Shown here: positions 31,811 to 47,275 of the stretch, piece by piece | How the letters are laid out: every line of letters begins with the position of its first letter | Numbering within the stretch: position 1 is the stretch's first letter | DNA from: the human T2T-CHM13v2.0 reference genome, Homo sapiens | NCBI RefSeq assembly: GCF_009914755.1 | Contig: NC_060932.1 | Reading direction: 5' to 3' (one strand) | DNA length: 64,000 nt | The notes under the pieces: generated by a model | Database searches by the model: none | What the model saw: only the letters and a program-made list of their open reading frames with translations | What the model was told of the DNA's origin: nothing | Program-made: the position numbers and the translations under genes

Positions 31811-31952
31811 ATACTCAATGGTAAAAAGTGAAAGCTTTTTCTGTAACATCAGGAACAAGACAGGGATGCCCACTCTCGCTACTTCTGTTCAACATAGTTC
31901 TGGAAGTCCTGGCAAGAAAAAGAGAAAGCTTCTAAAGAGATAATGATTAATT

Positions 31953-32237
31953 CTAAATGAAGTAACTCAGGAATGGAAAACCAAACTCATCCTATATTTT
32001 CATACGTGGGAAGCAAAGCTATGTGGATGCAAAGGCATAAGAATGACACAATGAACTTTGGGGACTCAGGAAAGGGTGGGAAGGGGGTAAGGGATAAAAG
32101 ACTACAAATTGGGTTCAGTGTATACTACTTGGATGATGGGTGCACCAAAATCTCCTAAATCACCACTGAAGAACTTACTCATGTAACCAAATACCACTTG
32201 TTCCCCCCAAAACTAATGGAAACAAAATTTAAAAAAA
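31953..32237 (+). mobile_element. L1PB1-like 3' end fragment
   Basis: gaagtaactcaggaatggaaaaccaaa...gggtgcaccaaaatctc...aagaacttactcatgtaaccaaataccac followed by an A-rich tail. Confidence 0.85.
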
Positions 32238-33707
32238 TAGAGGGAAAATGGTTTCTGTTAGCAGATGGCAGAATCTCATATATAGAAAACCTTGAAGTTT
32301 CTACCAAAAATGATTAGAAGTAATAAAGTTTGCAGGGTATAAAATCAATATACAAAAATCAGTTTTCTTTCTATACATTGACGATAAACTTTTCGAAAAA
32401 GAAACTCAGAAGACAATCTCATTTTTAAGATAGCACCGGAAAGAATAAAACACTTAATGTGGTGAAAGATCTGTACATTAAAATCTGTAACACACTGATG
32501 GAAGAAATTGAAGAAACAAATAAATGGACAGAGATACTGTGTTCATGGATCTGAAAGTCAACATTGTCAAAATATTCATATTACCCAAAGCAATCTACAG
32601 ATTAAATGCGATCTCTATTAAAATTCTAATGGCACTTTTCATAGAATTAGAATAAACCATTCTAAAATTATCGTGGAACCACAAATGACCCTGAATGGCC
32701 AAAGCAATTTGAGCAAGAAGAACAAAGGGGGAGACATTACATTTCTGCCCATGCATATATGGTCAACTAATCTTTGACAAAAGTGTCAAGGATACACAAT
32801 GAGGAAAGAAGACTCTTCAATAAATGGTGCTGGGAAAACTGGATATCCACCTGCAAAGTAATGAAATTGGATATGATACACGAAAATCAACTCAAAATGA
32901 ATTAAAGATTTAAATATAAGACCTGAGACCATGAAACTCATAGAAGAAAATGTAAGGAAAAACTTCATTACATTGGTCTTAGCAATTGTTTTGGAGATGA
33001 CACCCAATACAGAGACAACAAAAGCAAAGATAAACAAATGGGACTACATCAACCTCAAAATTCTACGTAGAGCAATGTAAACCATCAAAATGAAAAGGGA
33101 ACCCATGGAATGGGGAAACCATTTGTGAGCCATTTATCTGATAAGGGTTAATAACCCAATTAAAAAATGGGCAGAGGACCTGAAAAGATATATATTTTTG
33201 TTTCCCAAGGAAGACTTACAAATGGTAAACAGGTATATGAAAAGGTGCTCTGCATCACTAATCCTCAGTGTTCTTCAAATTGTTTGATTTCAAATGCAAA
33301 TCAAAACTACAATGAGATACTATCTCACACCTATTGGGATGGCTACTATGAAAAAGTCAAAAGAAAAAAAAGTGTTCTCTAGACTGGAGAAAAATGGAGC
33401 TCTTATACATTGTTGCTGGGAATGTAAATGGGTACAACCACTATGTAAAATGGCATGGAGTTTCCTCAAAAAATTACAAATAGAACTATATGATCCAGCA
33501 GTCACACTTCTGGGTATATATTCAAAGTTAGCAAAATATCTCAAAGAGCTATCCACAGCCCTGTGCTCATTGCAGCATTTTTTTTACAATGTTCACAATA
33601 GCCAAGATCGAAATGACTGAAGTGTCAGTTGATGAATGAACAAAGAAATTGTCATATATATAACAAAATATATTACATTATATACATATAAATATATTTA
33701 GCTTTAA

Positions 33708-34213
<506 letters not shown>

Positions 34214-35729
34214 TTAAAAGGAAAGGAAATTCTGCCATTTATGACAACATCAATGAACCTGGAAGACATTATGGCAAGTAAAGTTAAAGTAAGACTCAGA
34301 AGAATAATGCATAATCTTAATTATATGTGGCATATATAAAAGTCAACCTCATAGAGACAAATACTAGAAGGGTGATTATCAGGGGTCAAAGGGATTGGGG
34401 AAATAGGGAGAAATTGGTCAAAGGATAAAAAATGCAGCTGTAAGGTGAATAAATTCTGGTGACCTCGTGTATAGCATGGTGACTATAATTGATAATATAT
34501 ACTCAAAATTCACTAAGAGAGTAGTTAAGTATATGGATATGTTAACTAGCCTGATAATTTTACAATGTACACATATGTTAAAATATCACATACATTAAAA
34601 TATCACATTGTACACCTTGAATATACACACAATAGTCAATTATACCTCAATAAAACTGAAAAAAAAATTGAGTAATTTTTAAAAACCTGAGATTGGCCAA
34701 CTCTCCATTTCTCTGCTCTGATTTGGTCTATACATCTCATTTTCTGTAATCGTATAGATTTCTCTTTATTTCCATTTGCCTGATCTAGTGGAAATTTGGA
34801 CGTGGGCAGGGGAAAAGGGTAGGTTTTAATTCCATTTCAGGTTTCTATCTTGATCCTTAAAACTCCTCTCCTTTTTTCTCAATTTCTAGGCTAGATCTCA
34901 GGACTGGGGCCTCTGAGGTTATTTCACGAATATCATTATTTCAATTTATTTAAACATCTTAGAGATTAACAGATCAGCCCCATCAATGGTAGTTGGATTA
35001 TAATCTACAAAGCAATGAGTTTCAGTGCATATCTACCTGCATTCTTACTTGCAAATTAGAGTGTCTCTTGCAAAAAGTTATCTTTTCTGAGACCATGATA
35101 TACACAAAGATAATTTCTAGGCAAAACCGGAATATTGGATAATCAATAAAAATGCAAGTATATAGAGTGTTTACTTCGTGTTAGAATTTATAGTAGTTCT
35201 TTACACATACTGCACCTTAAAATGAAATCTTTTATAGGGATATAGTTATGAAATTTCACATTTTGCGATTGCAAAAGCTCTGAAGTTTGGAGAATGTATT
35301 ACAATACAAATACGCTGAGCAATTGTCAGCCTAGAAGACTTGCTGTCAGAGAAAATTAGAAACAGCTTCACACTACCAAATTAAGAAAAGAATTTGGCAA
35401 TATATTTTGGGTGCTTGCCCAATGTTTAATATCACTTGAGGGAGTGCCTACTTCTAATGAAAAATAAATTTGTAGAGTGAAAGAAAAATTTTATTTGTTC
35501 CTTTACTAAAAGTAAAAATATGACTAAAGAATATGGCTGCAGTAATGCATTTTTTAATGAATATAAAAGATTTTCTCTCATGTTAATACATCCCATGATT
35601 TGAAGAAGAGTACTCTTATTTTATTCCTGCCTAACCTATCCAAGACCTATCCAAGGCTCTGGGTAAGGATAAAGGAGCTGAAGACTATTTTCAACTACAC
35701 TGGAATAACTAAGAACATACAATGTCTGT

Positions 35730-35895
35730 AGAGTCAGGGAAATCTCTAAGCATATCTTTCTGAGCCTTAGTTCTTCACTTGTAAAATGAAGACAATAGTA
35801 TCTATGCCATAGGAGTGTTGTGAGGATTAAGTGAGATAATTTATGCAAAACATCCGGTATTTTGCCTCTTACGGAGTAGGAGCTCAATGAATGAT
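35730..35895 (+). mobile_element. MIR
   Basis: ctgagccttagtt...tgtaaaatg...gttgtgaggattaagtgagataat. Confidence 0.75.
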
Positions 35896-36569
35896 GGATT
35901 TTTTAAAAATCATTGTTTATCAGTATTATTTCTCTGAGTCCATTCCTTTTTCTTTAGTGCCCAAGAAAAGGTACTAAAAGAAGAAAGTGAAGGGAAGTTT
36001 AGGAATGAGGGAGACTAGATGTTTTGGCTTTAGAGTGATGATAAAGCAGAGAATCCTAGAACTGTGTCTCTGTTTAGTAATTTTCTGTTCCTAATAAAAC
36101 AAAGCAAGGCAAAAGAGAAAATCTTCGTAGCCTTTTAGAATAACAATAAGGTTATGTTATAATCAACCCAATAAACACATATTGTTTCCGTGATTCAACA
36201 TGGAAAGGGTATCTCAAATTTAACTCCCATAACTTTAGAAATTTTAACGATCAGAGTTGCTTTCTTGTCATATTTGTGGTGGATCTATGTCTATCTGGAT
36301 GCCCAGATAATGCATTTGTTGCAGCATGGTTCTTTCAGAGGTACACACCCTTTCCTTGAGCATGTACCAGCATAAGGTGCAGACTAAGGAAAGAAAACAG
36401 CTTTTGTGAAACCGGACATTAAACTCAGTGCATTGCATTCTTCCCATTTTCCCCATTTTTTTGGATCAGAGTTGTGGTTTGGATTAAGTTCAGAGGGAGA
36501 GGTTTTTCAGGAGTCGAATAATTTACATGATTTCAAGAATTTGTAAGCCCATGAGTTGGCTGCAGTCTT

Positions 36570-37065
36570 CTTGTCTTTGCCTTTCCTTTCTTGGAAAGTC
36601 CAAGTCCTTTCAACAAGGCCAGAGAGTCTAGCTTCCCTTTGCTGCTGCGTCTCTCACCATCTTCCCTTGCCCTCTGTGACTCGGCACTTCTCAACTTCTG
36701 TCATTTCTTTAAACCTGTGGTGTCTGCTCCTGCATCCAATTCTTCACATGTGGCTTTCTCTCTGTAGGGAAAAAACTTCTTTGTCATGTTTGCTTTTCCT
36801 TGTCTGCTTATCCTTCAAGGTCTCAGCTCACAAGTCACTTTCTCCAGGAAGCTCTCTCTGACCTTTTAAGTTAGGGCTAGGTTCTGTTCTCTGTGTGTGC
36901 ATATTAGCATTAGAAAACATAACAGATTGTTCTGCAATTGGATGGTTGGCTGCTCACTGTTCTTGTATTCCCATAATAGTGGAAACCATGCTCATTTTGT
37001 GTCTTAAGTGCCAAATAGAGTGCCTGGCACATAGGGGAAACTCAGTGAATGTTTGTTAAATCAAT
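36570..37065 (+). mobile_element. L2 3' fragment
   Basis: tccttcaaggtctcagctca...gtgcctggcacatag...gtttgtt. Confidence 0.65.
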
Positions 37066-39729
37066 ACATTTGAACTTTTTTTTAAAGAACAAAAAGGAGG
37101 AGTTTGGGAAAGCACTGCTGGCCCAACTATAGCAGCTTTTATTTGCCCCTTAGCTATTCCTAGTTCCTTCTTGCCACGTCTTTATAATCTCCTTTTCTAG
37201 AATCTGGGTAAAATATTAAGTAAAATATTAAGCACCTTCACAGCAAAGCCAGTTTAATGGTAATGGGGACTTCAGTTTATAGTGTATGTAATAAGAAGTC
37301 AGAATAGCTTAGATGTTAAGTCCCAGATTTGGAGTTAAGCAAACCTGTGTTTAAATCTACCCTTACAGGTGGTGACCCTCAACGATGTACATTGACCTAT
37401 GCAAGATTTAGTTTCATCTATAAAATAGGAATAAAAATGTGTAAGTCAAAGGATTTGATGACAATTCCATTGGATATTTTATGTGCAATTGGTTTACTGA
37501 ACATTATGGGCTCAGTAGGGTGTGAGTAAGAAGCAACCTAACTTTTTTTCTTTTCATTGTTTCTTTAAAGTTGTCTTGTTGACTCCTTCCTTCCCCCTGG
37601 GTAAAATATTAAGCAAATAACCATGGGTTTTCTGATTGTTCTTAAGTGTGAATAGATTGTCTCATTTTCAGGTACTGCAGAGTCTTGTCCATTGTGATTT
37701 CACAACAGTTTCTCATTTAATTCTGAGTCTTTCCTGCTTGAGCTATCCCAGCTTGGGATAACTTCAGGTCAGGAAAACCATGACGGCAGGGGAAAAGAGG
37801 TTATAGTGACCTTCCTTAATATTTTCCCATGTTACTCCTCCCCCCGTCATTCACTGAGCTGCCCCTGTTCTTACAGGGAAGAGCCTGGGAAAGGTAAGAG
37901 AGGGAAGGATAATACAGAAGCTCTTTTTTGCCAGCATAGTTTTTACCCAGTATTGGCACCTTTCTAATGGGACAGAGGCAGATGCAAGCTATTTCTCTCT
38001 TGAGCTCTTGTCTCTCAGAGGATCTCATTTCTGGGGATCTTCCTCCCACTATTCCCTGATGGAGGTGATATTTTATGGCTGGCTGCTTAACGCCCTCCTC
38101 AGTCCATTTCTATCTACTCCAAACAACTTTCTTGGGAGTGCCTTACCCCTCCAAGCCCACCTTTTGGACAGGGTTCCTTGCAAGTTGACTCATGTCTGGC
38201 TTCATTCCCCAATGCTACATCTCTTTTTGTCCTGGAATCTCTAATAATTCTCACAGTGGAAGGTATTCTTCATCTTTTTGCAGTAAGTGGAGCCAGACAT
38301 GAAGACCTTGTTTTACATAATAGAGTATGGGGAATTATTTTCTACTTTTGATACAGGATTTGTATTACATTTATATTATGATCTTCACTCTAACCATATC
38401 TCTTCTATCAGGCAAGGATGCTCTAAGCAGCTTCTGGCTTTTAGATTTTTTTTGGGGGGGGGGATGGGGAGAGGGGTATAAGTCAGGTGTCAGGCCCAAT
38501 ATCCCCCAAACTTCAGAAGATACACCCATCAAGATTTCTGAATCACAGGTTACTAGTTTGGAGGGTGAAAGAAGGAAGATAGGGTACCTTGAAATGCTCT
38601 TGCTAAAGAAATGCTAATGCACCAGCATCTCCTCACCAATAGGCAGATGTCCTTGGTTGTTTATGCCCTCGGTTGTTTATGCCCTCAAGGTGGCCCAGTG
38701 TTTGCTAATCCTGTTCGCTAGACCACCTACTAGATGGTCTGGTATCTCTTTGGAATATTGGGTACTCATCACCCTTTGATTTCAGGTTTGGGTTACCAGC
38801 CAAAATTAACATGATGGGAAAACATCCCATTTGACATCCTGTTGTACATGTAAAATTTACATATAATATAGTTAATTAATAACTGGTTGTAGTAATTAGC
38901 TTGTTATTAAAGCAAAGCAGATGCGTCAGCATCATTTCCATCATTCTGAGTCATTCTCCCTTTTAAGAATGGTGGGAAGATTTAAGAGCTGGATGTTAAA
39001 TAAAATAAAAGATGAAAGATGACTACGTCTATCTATGCTGGAATCACCACCTGGTCATTTCCCACCCCTGTTACAGGAAGAGATAGCAAGGAAGGATTTC
39101 CCTTTAGTGAAATATATTTGGATTTTATATCACATGTTATTTCTTTGATCTGAAATCTCTGTCCATCTCTTCTTTTGTCCATTTGTTTAAAAAATTCGTT
39201 TATTTTCTTTTTAAGACATAGGAAATGTTTCAACATATTTTTCCAATTTATCTTTCAGAGGAGGTCTGCTTTGTATTCAGATGGCACTCCATATAGGCCT
39301 TTATTTTGAGACTTAGTATATTTATTATATTCACATATTTATGAAATTCTTGAGTAAGAACCATGCCTTATTGCACAAGTTGGAATATGCAAAAAAGCTT
39401 CAACTGTAATGTAACATTGGAAATTTTACGGTTAGACTAAAATCTATGAGAAATATTGATTTGGTGTCCCTACTTAATTCCTTTTTTATCGTGAAACATT
39501 TCATCGACTATTCATTTACGTTTTGCCCATTCCAACCTTAAAAGCTATTCCAGGCAGGCAAGTGTTAGGCTTTTCCATAAGCAGAGCCAGGATACGAAGA
39601 CCTTGCTTTGTGCACAATGGATAGAGTAGGAGGAGTTATTTTCCATTTTGATACAAGATTTGTAATAGTTTATTTATGGAATAAGATTCAATAGATTAAA
39701 TTTAACATTTACAATAAATGGCAATGCTG

Positions 39730-39920
39730 CTGTTTACAAAAGTACTGATATTTGTTACTTCATTTCTTACTACCCTATGAGGTAGGGGGGTTATTGTGCT
39801 TATTATGATAAAACTGAAGCCCAGAGAGTTGAATAACTTGCCCAACCTCACATAAAAAAAATAATTTATAGATTCATCATTCAAACCAATTCTAACTCAG
39901 GATTCCATGTTCTTTTCATT
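39730..39920 (-). mobile_element. MIR
   Basis: accctatgaggtagg...aaactgaagcccagagag...aacttgcccaa. Confidence 0.7.
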
Positions 39921-40349
39921 ATATGAAGGCTCAATTTGTAAGTTATACAGTTAATAGCAGAAAGATGTACACATGATTTTAACTGATACAAATCTATTAC
40001 ATAAATCTATTTTTAGATACCTTTACCACGTTACTAATATTCCATGGAAAAAATATGCTGAAATTTTTTAAAATGTATACTAGATTTTCCTATTTATACA
40101 GCACCTAGTACTTTAAAAAGTGCTTGAATTTTCTTACAGGATTCTCACAATAATTCAAACTCAGAGGCTTATTCTTCCTTTATTATCAACTCATAAATAT
40201 CCTAAAAATAGACATAAATTCAATCATTTTGTGACATTCTGTAATGCAGAAACTTGGTTACAAGGTTCTGAGAAAGTGAAACTATAAATTACAAGGCCAT
40301 TTATAGCTTTGAAGCAAGAGAATCTTCTCATCTTCTAATGGTAAACTAC

Positions 40350-41230
<881 letters not shown>

Positions 41231-41969
41231 TTAAAATGCTTCAACAGTTCCCATTGTCTTCAGGGAAAATTAAAACTTTTCAATATGCCTGAGAAGATAC
41301 CATGTTTTTTCATTTTTCCTTCTCCACCTCCCCTCACTTTACTGTAACATGAGGTGCTCTCACTCCTGATACTTTCCCCATCAGGAAAATGCTGCTTCTG
41401 TCTTACCTGACTGACTTCAAGAATATGTGTAAACTTTATTTGTTCAGGGAGATATTTTCCTTCTGTAAAACAATAAAATTCTCCTGTTATATGTCCCCAT
41501 AGCACCATGAACTTCTCCTGCTCTGATTGTTATTCCATTTCATTGTAATTAGTTGTTTAATGGTGTATCTTTCCAGTTAGACTGCGTGCTCTATGGAGGC
41601 AGAAACAACATCTGTCTTGTTGAATCATGTGGACACGTGTACCTGGGTCATGAAGGTTTCTCTCAAATAGATGTGGGTATATATGTGTATACTATGTAGA
41701 AAAAAATCCTGGAGTAGCAGCAAAGCGGTACATGCTATTTTATAACTGAGAATGAAGATGTTCACAGCAAATAAATATTTTAAGTTACTTGGTCGGTTTT
41801 GCCTTTTATAAATTAGAATGACCACGATTTTTGGTGAGGTGAGTCAAATTTTATGTTTCTGTTCATGATGTTAATATTTGGCTCTCGAGAACTGTTATTT
41901 CTCTGGGAGTTGGAGGATGGGAAACGTGCTTGCTTCCTCCTCTCTGAGTCTGCATGTATGTGCCTCCTG

Positions 41970-42029
41970 CATCATCATCATTATCATTATCATCATCATC
42001 ATCACCATCACCATCATCATCATCATCAT
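41970..42029. repeat. (CAT)n microsatellite, about 20 imperfect units
   Basis: Directly visible in the sequence. Confidence 0.95.
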
Positions 42030-42202
42030 GGCAGCTCTCATTTACTGGTCCCTGGCAATATGCCAGTTCTGGTGCTAGGAGTTTCATCCATGTTATTTGA
42101 GCTAAACAACAAGAGATATTCCCTATTTTATATAATATTATTGATGAAGAAATGTCAAATTAGAGAGATGAAGTAGCCTGCTCAAAATTACTTAAAAAAT
42201 GT

Positions 42203-42410
42203 TGCTCTCATTGAATTAATGAATAGAGCAGTGGTTTCTAGAGACTGGGAAGTGTTGGTGGGGTGAGGGAATAGTGACAGGTTGGTTATCAGATACAAAC
42301 TTACACAGCTAAATAAGAGGAACAAGTTTTAGTGTTCTGTAGCTCTATAGGATGAACTATAATTAACAATTTGTTGTATATTTTCAAATAGCTGCAAGAG
42401 CAGAGTTCAC
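42203..42410 (+). mobile_element. L1MA 3'UTR fragment
   Basis: agagactgggaag...ttgtatattttcaaatagct. Confidence 0.65.
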
Positions 42411-42684
42411 AAAAACTAGAAAAATGGGAAGAATATTGTTTTGTTTAATGTCTCACATGGACCTTAACAGTGATGATGGCCATATGTAGATGACAAGCTA
42501 CATGTGCGATTGTTTTCTGATTTTGTAATTGTTAAAAGTGAGGCTCAGAGAGGGCAGAAGACTTGCTGTAGGTCACCCAGCTTGTAGGGCAACTGAGGCT
42601 CAGATTATTAACCCTAAATCCAATCTAATTATGCTTTCTCTCTGTCTCTCTTCTTAATTTTCAGTGGGAATTTTTGGCGTTTTT

Positions 42685-43003
42685 ATTTATTCATTGATTC
42701 ATTCATTCATTTATTTATTTTTGAGACTGAGGCTCACTCTGTCTCCCAGTCTGGAGTGCAGTGGCGCGATCTCTGCTCACTGCAACCTCTGCCTCCTGGG
42801 TCAAGCGATTCTCTTGCCTCAGCCTCCTGAGTAGCTGATATTACAGGTGCCTGACACCACGCCCAACTAATTTTTGTATTTTTAATAGAGACACAGTTTC
42901 CCCATGTTGGCCAGGCTGGTCTTGAACTCTTGACCTCAGGTGATCCACCTGCCTCGGCCTCCCAGAGTGCTGGGATTACAGGTGTGAGCCACCATGCCCA
43001 GCC
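42685..43003 (-). mobile_element. AluS
   Basis: Antisense Alu with a (TTTA/TTCA)n tail. TSD atttttggc(gt/ac)tttta. Confidence 0.95.
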
Positions 43004-45130
43004 ATTTTTGGCACTTTTAAAGGAAGATTATAGAAATGCTAAAACGATGTTGGTTTGAATTTGTTGATTCATACATGGTCTGCAGAATTTTTTTATTCAG
43101 CACTATTGTAGTCAGCTATATTCCTCTATAATTACATCTGTAAGCACCATTGACTATTAGAAAAAGGTTTTGTAATTTTTTTCTATAGAAAGATAGAATG
43201 ATAATTTAGCATTTCCTTTAGCATGATTGGTCAGAATTTGTTGTTTGTAATTCATAGTTTGGAGAAGTTTATTTCAGCTTTACAACTCATCATTGACAAA
43301 GCCATCTCTGCAGCTTCCTTCACAGTCTTTTGTGTAGCAACAGGCTCTGGGAGCACTGCAGCTTGTTTACATCCTTGGGCGTGATCCTGACAGGCAAACT
43401 GGTTCATAAAGGCTATGTCTCACTCTGTAACCGCTTCCTTTAACACCAGCCTCCCTAGATTTTCTTCTGTGGATTAAGACGATACGAAGCTGCAATTTAG
43501 TGGTCCCCAGGGCTCGCTCCTTCAGCAATTCCTTGTGGAGTAAAATATAAAGTCTGGTCACTTGCTGAGGTTTATCAGAGGTTGTCTTACAGTAGAAGCT
43601 GGTCTTGGCCTCAGACCAAGGAGTGTCACTTTTCTTTATACCCTTATTGAGCCTCATTGGTCCGAGGTCCACTCCTTATAATTGAGGCCTGAAGCCAATA
43701 AGAAGAAAGGCCAGATTTGGGATTGGGTGGGAATAGAGGGGAACAGAATAGGCTTAAGGTCCTATGATGCTTATGGAGAAAGCAAATTCCACAAATGATC
43801 AGCTCTGCTTCTGCAGAGAATGACGCTCTGGATGGATTTGCGGTGGAAAACAAAGGCTTCCCTCTCTGTTGATGATGAGCAGATGGAAGGAGCTGATGGG
43901 GTAAAGGAGCTATCAAATCCTCATCCTAAGTAGAATCTGTGTGGATTGCCAGAGGTAAATTGAGGCAGAAAAAAGAATGTAAATCATCATTGGTGAAGTG
44001 TCTGTTCAAGTCTTTTGTCTGCTTTTTTTTTTTTTTTTCCGATTGGGTTATGTGTCTTTTTTTAATTGAGTTGTATGAGTTCTTTATATATTTTGGATTC
44101 AAGTCCTTCATTTGTTATATATCTGCCAATATTTTATCTTAGTCTGTAGCTTGCCTTTTCGTTTCTTAACAATGGGTGTTAAAGAGCAGTTTTGTTGTAT
44201 TAAAATAACACAACAAAAAAAACAGCTTTGGGCTTCAAGAATTTTTCTGTGTTATTTACCTTTGCAATTGTATTAATTTCTGCTTAATGTGTGTTATTTT
44301 CTTCCTTCTGCTTGCATTGGGTTAATTTGTTATTCTTATTACAATTTATTATGTGTAAGCCTAGGTCACTGATTTTAATCTATTCAACTTTTGTAATATA
44401 AGCTTTTAATGCCATAAATTTCTAAGTATTGCTTTACCTTGATCCCATGGATTTTAATATTATGTGTTCCTTTTCATTTAGTTCACAAAATTGTCTAACT
44501 TCCCTTGTGGTATTTCTTTGACTAATGGTTAATTTCGAAGTGAGGTGACAAGTTTCTAAATATTTGGAAAATTATCAGTTTTTTAAATTTTTTTAAATTA
44601 TATTCAATTGTATTTGTATAATTTCAATAATATTTTTATATTTATTGGGAATAATTTTACGACCCAGTAATATGGTCATTTGTGGAAAATACTTCATGTG
44701 CTCTTGAAAAGAATGTGTATTCTGGTTGTTGGTGGAGGTGATTATTCCATAAACATCAATTAAGTCAAATTACTTGATAATACTGTATTGCTCAAGATTT
44801 CTGTGTCTTTCCTGATATTTTTGTCTACTAATTTTTATCCATTATCGACAGAGGGAATTTGAAATCTTCAATAATTGTGGATTTAAGAAAATTGTATTTT
44901 TAGTATTTTCAGTTTTTGATGTATTTTGAAGTGCCATTAAGTGAATATGTTCTTAGAATATTTATCTCTTCGGGATTAACTGATCCCTTAATCATTATAC
45001 AATGACCTGCTTTTTCCTTGGTTTGATATAGTTATAGATAGAGATATTGATACTATATACTAATTTATAGCTGATATTGATATAATCAAGCTTGTTTGTG
45101 TATATGTGTGTATACCTGCAAAATACAACT

Positions 45131-45390
45131 TTGTTTCCTGACTTTTTAATGATCGCCATTCTAACTGGTGTGAGATGGGATCTCATTGTGGTTTTGATTT
45201 GCATTTCTCTGATGACCAGTGATGATGAGCATTTTTTCATGTGTTTTTTGGCTGCATAAATGTCTTCTTTTGAGAAGTGTCTGTTCATATCCTTCGCCCA
45301 CTTTTTGATGGGGTTGTTTTTTTCTTGTAAATTTGTTTGAGTTCATTGTAGATTTTGGATATTAGCCCTTTGTCAGATGAGTAGGTTGCA
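45131..45390 (-). mobile_element. Young L1PA internal ORF2 fragment without a tail
   Basis: Translated fragment [35 protein letters not shown]. Flanked by the direct repeat caactttgtt. Confidence 0.93.
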
Positions 45391-47084
45391 ACTTTGTTAT
45401 TTATTCAACCTATATGTGTCTTTGTATTTAATGTCAATTTCTTTTAGATAGTGTATACTTTGGTCATTCAGGTTTTTTTTTTTTTGGTCATTCTGTTTAA
45501 CTTTGTCTTTTAATTGGTGTACTTATATCATTTACATTTAATGTGATTGATTGTATACATGTCTTTAAATCTGTCATCTTTTAACTCATTTCTTGTCTTA
45601 TCTATTTTTGGGCTCTTAGTTTTTCTCCTTTTCTGCTTTGTTTTGCATGAATTACATATCTTTCCATGATTTGATTTGATCCTCTTTATTACTTTTTTTC
45701 CCCTAGGGTTTACATATACATATAATTTTTAACTTCTAGCAAGCTACCTTTTAATACTAGTCTGTCACTCTGTACATATTATAAGAACATCGTGACAGTA
45801 CACTTTCATTTTCTATGACTGGTCTTTGTGCTATTGTCATATGTTTTATTTTAACAAATGTTATAAACTTGGCAATGCATTGTTATTGTTTTTGCTTTAA
45901 ACAGCCAATAATATTTTAATGAGCTTTAAAAGTAATAAAATTAAATTTACCAACATATTTACCATTTCTGGCACTCTTCATTCCTCTTAATGGATCCAAA
46001 CATCTAGTTGATACAATTCTTTTTTTCTCATGAAGGACTGTCTCCTACATTTATTATAGTGCTTATCTGTTGTTAATGGATTCTCCCAGCTTTTATAGGC
46101 CTGTAAAAATTTTCAATCCATTTTCCTTTTGGAAGATATTTTCACTGGGTATAGAATTCTAAGTTGACAGTTTTTTTATGGAGTATTTTAACAATGTTGC
46201 TTTACTGCGTTCCAGCTTGTGTTTCTACTTAGAATCCTGTTCTGGTCACTACCTTCGTCGTTTTGTGTGTAATGTGTCTTTTGTCTTCCAATGGCTGGTT
46301 TTAAGATTTTTTTTTCTCTGTCACTGCTTTGCTACAGTTGAGCTATGATTTATCTTTTTGTGGTTTTCTTTGTTTCTTCTATTTGGGGTATTTTGAGCTT
46401 CTTGGATCTGTAGAATTATAATTTTCATAAAATTACTGAAATTTTTAGCAATTTTTTCAAAAAATTTTTTTTTGTCTCACTACTCTTTCTATTCTGGAAT
46501 TCAATTCCATGCTCATTACACTGTTTGAGACTGCCAATAACTTGCTGTTGCTCTGTTTATTTTTGAAGTCTTTTTTTTCCTCCATTTTATTTTGGATACC
46601 CTATCCTGTCATGTCTTTAAGTTTATTATTTGTTTTTCTTTTGCAGTGTCTAATCTGTCAGTCAGTGCACTTTTATGTCAAATGTTGCAGTTTCACTTCA
46701 GTTCAATGTTTTTAATCTTCTACTTTTTATTATACTCATACTTCTTGTACAAATTGAGTTGTATTTATAATTGTCCCCTAATTTATTTAACACCCTTGTC
46801 CACTAATTATCTTTATTTCTTTGATTTCTTTGTTACTGACTTTTTGTTATGCTTCATATTTTTCTGGTTCTTTTCTTGACTATTAATGTTTAATTGTATG
46901 CCAGTTATGAATTTTAGATGATAAATCTTGTTTTGTTTCTTTAAATAGTTTTGGTCTATGTTCCAGGGCATAACTAAGCTACTTTAAAGTTTGTTTTTAG
47001 GTTTTGTTATGTGGGTCCGGAGCAGCTTTTAAGTTAGGACTAATTCGTCTCAACTCCTAAGGCAAAACACGTTTGAGGGCTCTA

Positions 47085-47275
47085 ATCCAAACATTGGCAA
47101 ACTTTTTCTCTGGAAGACCAGATAATAAATATTTTATACTTTGTTGGCCAAATGGTCTTTGTTGAAATGGTTTAATTTTGCTATTGCAGCACAAAATCAG
47201 TCATAGATCATATGAAAACAGATGAGTATGGCTATGTTCCAATTTGGCCTGTGGGGCATGTTTTACTGACTCCTA
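47085..47275 (+). mobile_element. MER58A (hAT-Charlie)
   Basis: ttggcaaactttttct...ccagataataaatatttt...tggctatgttccaat. Confidence 0.75.

Noticed and set aside
38454-38476. G-quadruplex-like G runs (also at 56302-56318)
   Set aside because: These are simple low-complexity G runs with no supporting context.
41853-42176. His-rich or Asp-rich ORFs
   Set aside because: They are translations of the (CAT)n microsatellite next to a MIR.
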